A DNA stretch of 64,000 bases from a virus (lineage: Duplodnaviria > Caudoviricetes), in the IMG/VR virus record IMGVR_UViG_3300042881_004206, one strand, 5' to 3'. The position numbers and the translations under genes were made by a program. The notes below the pieces were generated by a model. It was not told the origin of the DNA and made no database searches. It worked only from the letters and a program-made list of their open reading frames with translations. The first letter of the stretch is position 1; every line of letters begins with the position of its first letter. Below are positions 62,995 through 64,000 of the stretch, in pieces.

Positions 62995-63650
62995 TGTTTC
63001 AATATTGCACACCTAAAAACTTAAAAAATTTAAAATCTGAAACTTTTCCTGACGGCAAAAGATACTACACATTAGAAGATGGTACTCGTTTGCCATCTGT
63101 CACTACAGTTATTGGCGCTCAGAAAAAGAAAGCCATCATGGAATGGCGCAAACGTGTAGGTGAGCAAGAAGCAAATAGAATTTCTAGACAAGCATCTGGC
63201 CGAGGAACCAATGTGCATACATTGTGTGAAAGGTATTTGAACAATGAATCTCTTGGTGATATCATGCCAGATGCAAAAGAAATGTTCTTTTCAATTAAGC
63301 CATATCTGAATAAAATTAACAATATTCATTATCAAGAGGCTGCTCTTTGGTCTAAAAAATTAGGAATGGCAGGCCGTGTTGATTGTATTGCAGAATATGA
63401 TGGTGTTTTATCAGTTATTGATTTTAAAACATCCAAAAGAATTAAGAATGCAGAAGACATTCAAGATTACTTCTGGCAAACGACAGCATATGCTATCATG
63501 TATGAAGAATTGGTAGGAACACCAATTAATGATTTGATTATTATTATGGCTGTTGATAACGAAAAACCACTAATCTTTAAAGAGAAGACAAAAGATCATA
63601 TCGAAGGACTATCTAAAGCTATAGATTTTTATCATAAATCTTTGAAATGA
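62994..63650 (+). CDS. PD-(D/E)xK exonuclease (T4-like Exo A)
   Basis: LPSVTTV, RGT.VH, E..L, AGRVDC, IDFKTS, Q..AY. Confidence 0.9.
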   Translation: MFQYCTPKNLKNLKSETFPDGKRYYTLEDGTRLPSVTTVIGAQKKKAIMEWRKRVGEQEANRISRQASGRGTNVHTLCERYLNNESLGDIMPDAKEMFFSIKPYLNKINNIHYQEAALWSKKLGMAGRVDCIAEYDGVLSVIDFKTSKRIKNAEDIQDYFWQTTAYAIMYEELVGTPINDLIIIMAVDNEKPLIFKEKTKDHIEGLSKAIDFYHKSLK

Positions 63651-64000
63651 AACCCGTTGCAACATGGTCTTTTGACCCATGGTTTCAAAAAACATATTGG
63701 AAAGATACACAGTTGATGGTGGCTTCAATGCGAGCCAGTATACTGAGTATTAATGAATTTTTTAGTAAACCAAAAATATACACGGATACACTCACAAAAG
63801 ATGTAATTGATCATCTTGAATTGAATTGTGATGTTGTTGTTGCATATGACAACATTTATCAAAAAGATAATGTTGATTTAAAATTCTGGATGTATACGAA
63901 GTTGTTGACATATCAACAGCAAAAGGAAAGTTATTTTCATTTTGATTTTGACTTCATAGTACACAAAAAAATTGATGAATCATATTTTGATGCGGATTTA
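63647..64000 (+). CDS. Putative glycosyltransferase-like protein (partial, runs off window end)
   Basis: Manual translation MKPVATWSFDP..W..TKL.TY.QQ.E.YFHFDFDF; H.D.D is DxD-like. Confidence 0.5.
   Translation, partial: MKPVATWSFDPWFQKTYWKDTQLMVASMRASILSINEFFSKPKIYTDTLTKDVIDHLELNCDVVVAYDNIYQKDNVDLKFWMYTKLLTYQQQKESYFHFDFDFIVHKKIDESYFDADL

Noticed and set aside
1-64000. Stop-codon reassignment, DGR, retron, integrase or IS elements
   Set aside because: Core genes translate fully in code 11; no reverse transcriptase, recombinase or transposase motifs seen

Overview
A 64-kb segment of a large, AT-rich T4-like myovirus. The GH19 endolysin, spanin-like pair and proteobacterial-type PstS point to a Gram-negative host. 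Layout: (1-1.9 kb) two leftward late genes for secreted proteins and a tRNA-Gly(UCC) that folds best as a non-canonical 8/4 cloverleaf; (1.9-9.6 kb) gp43 polymerase, UvsX, gp41 helicase, a DUF4338/Mom-like GNAT protein and a PD-(D/E)xK nuclease; (9.6-15.6 kb) an eight-gene glycan-modification island; (15.7-23.7 kb) a late operon whose proteins carry T4 capsid-targeting-like N-termini, including a ligase-like nucleotidyltransferase, a HIGH-nucleotidyltransferase/P-loop kinase fusion and Glu-punctuated polyproteins; (23.7-27.2 kb) lysis cassette; (27.2-34.9 kb) primase, ThyX, NrdAB, thioredoxin, GIY-YIG nuclease, RNase H; (35-40.6 kb) CobT-like vWA protein, MazG-like protein, PstS; (40.6-61 kb) a promoter-dense accessory/early region with a short leftward island, nine GTTG-N8-CAAC boxes roughly helically phased to sigma70-type promoters, a duplicated promoter-driven non-coding element with pseudoknot potential, a second DUF4338 protein, a class II aldolase and CobS; (61-64 kb) DenV-like glycosylase, PhoH, exonuclease. 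No CRISPR array, reverse transcriptase, integrase, intron or intein was seen. All family and DUF names come from motif recognition and recall, not database searches, and need HMM confirmation.
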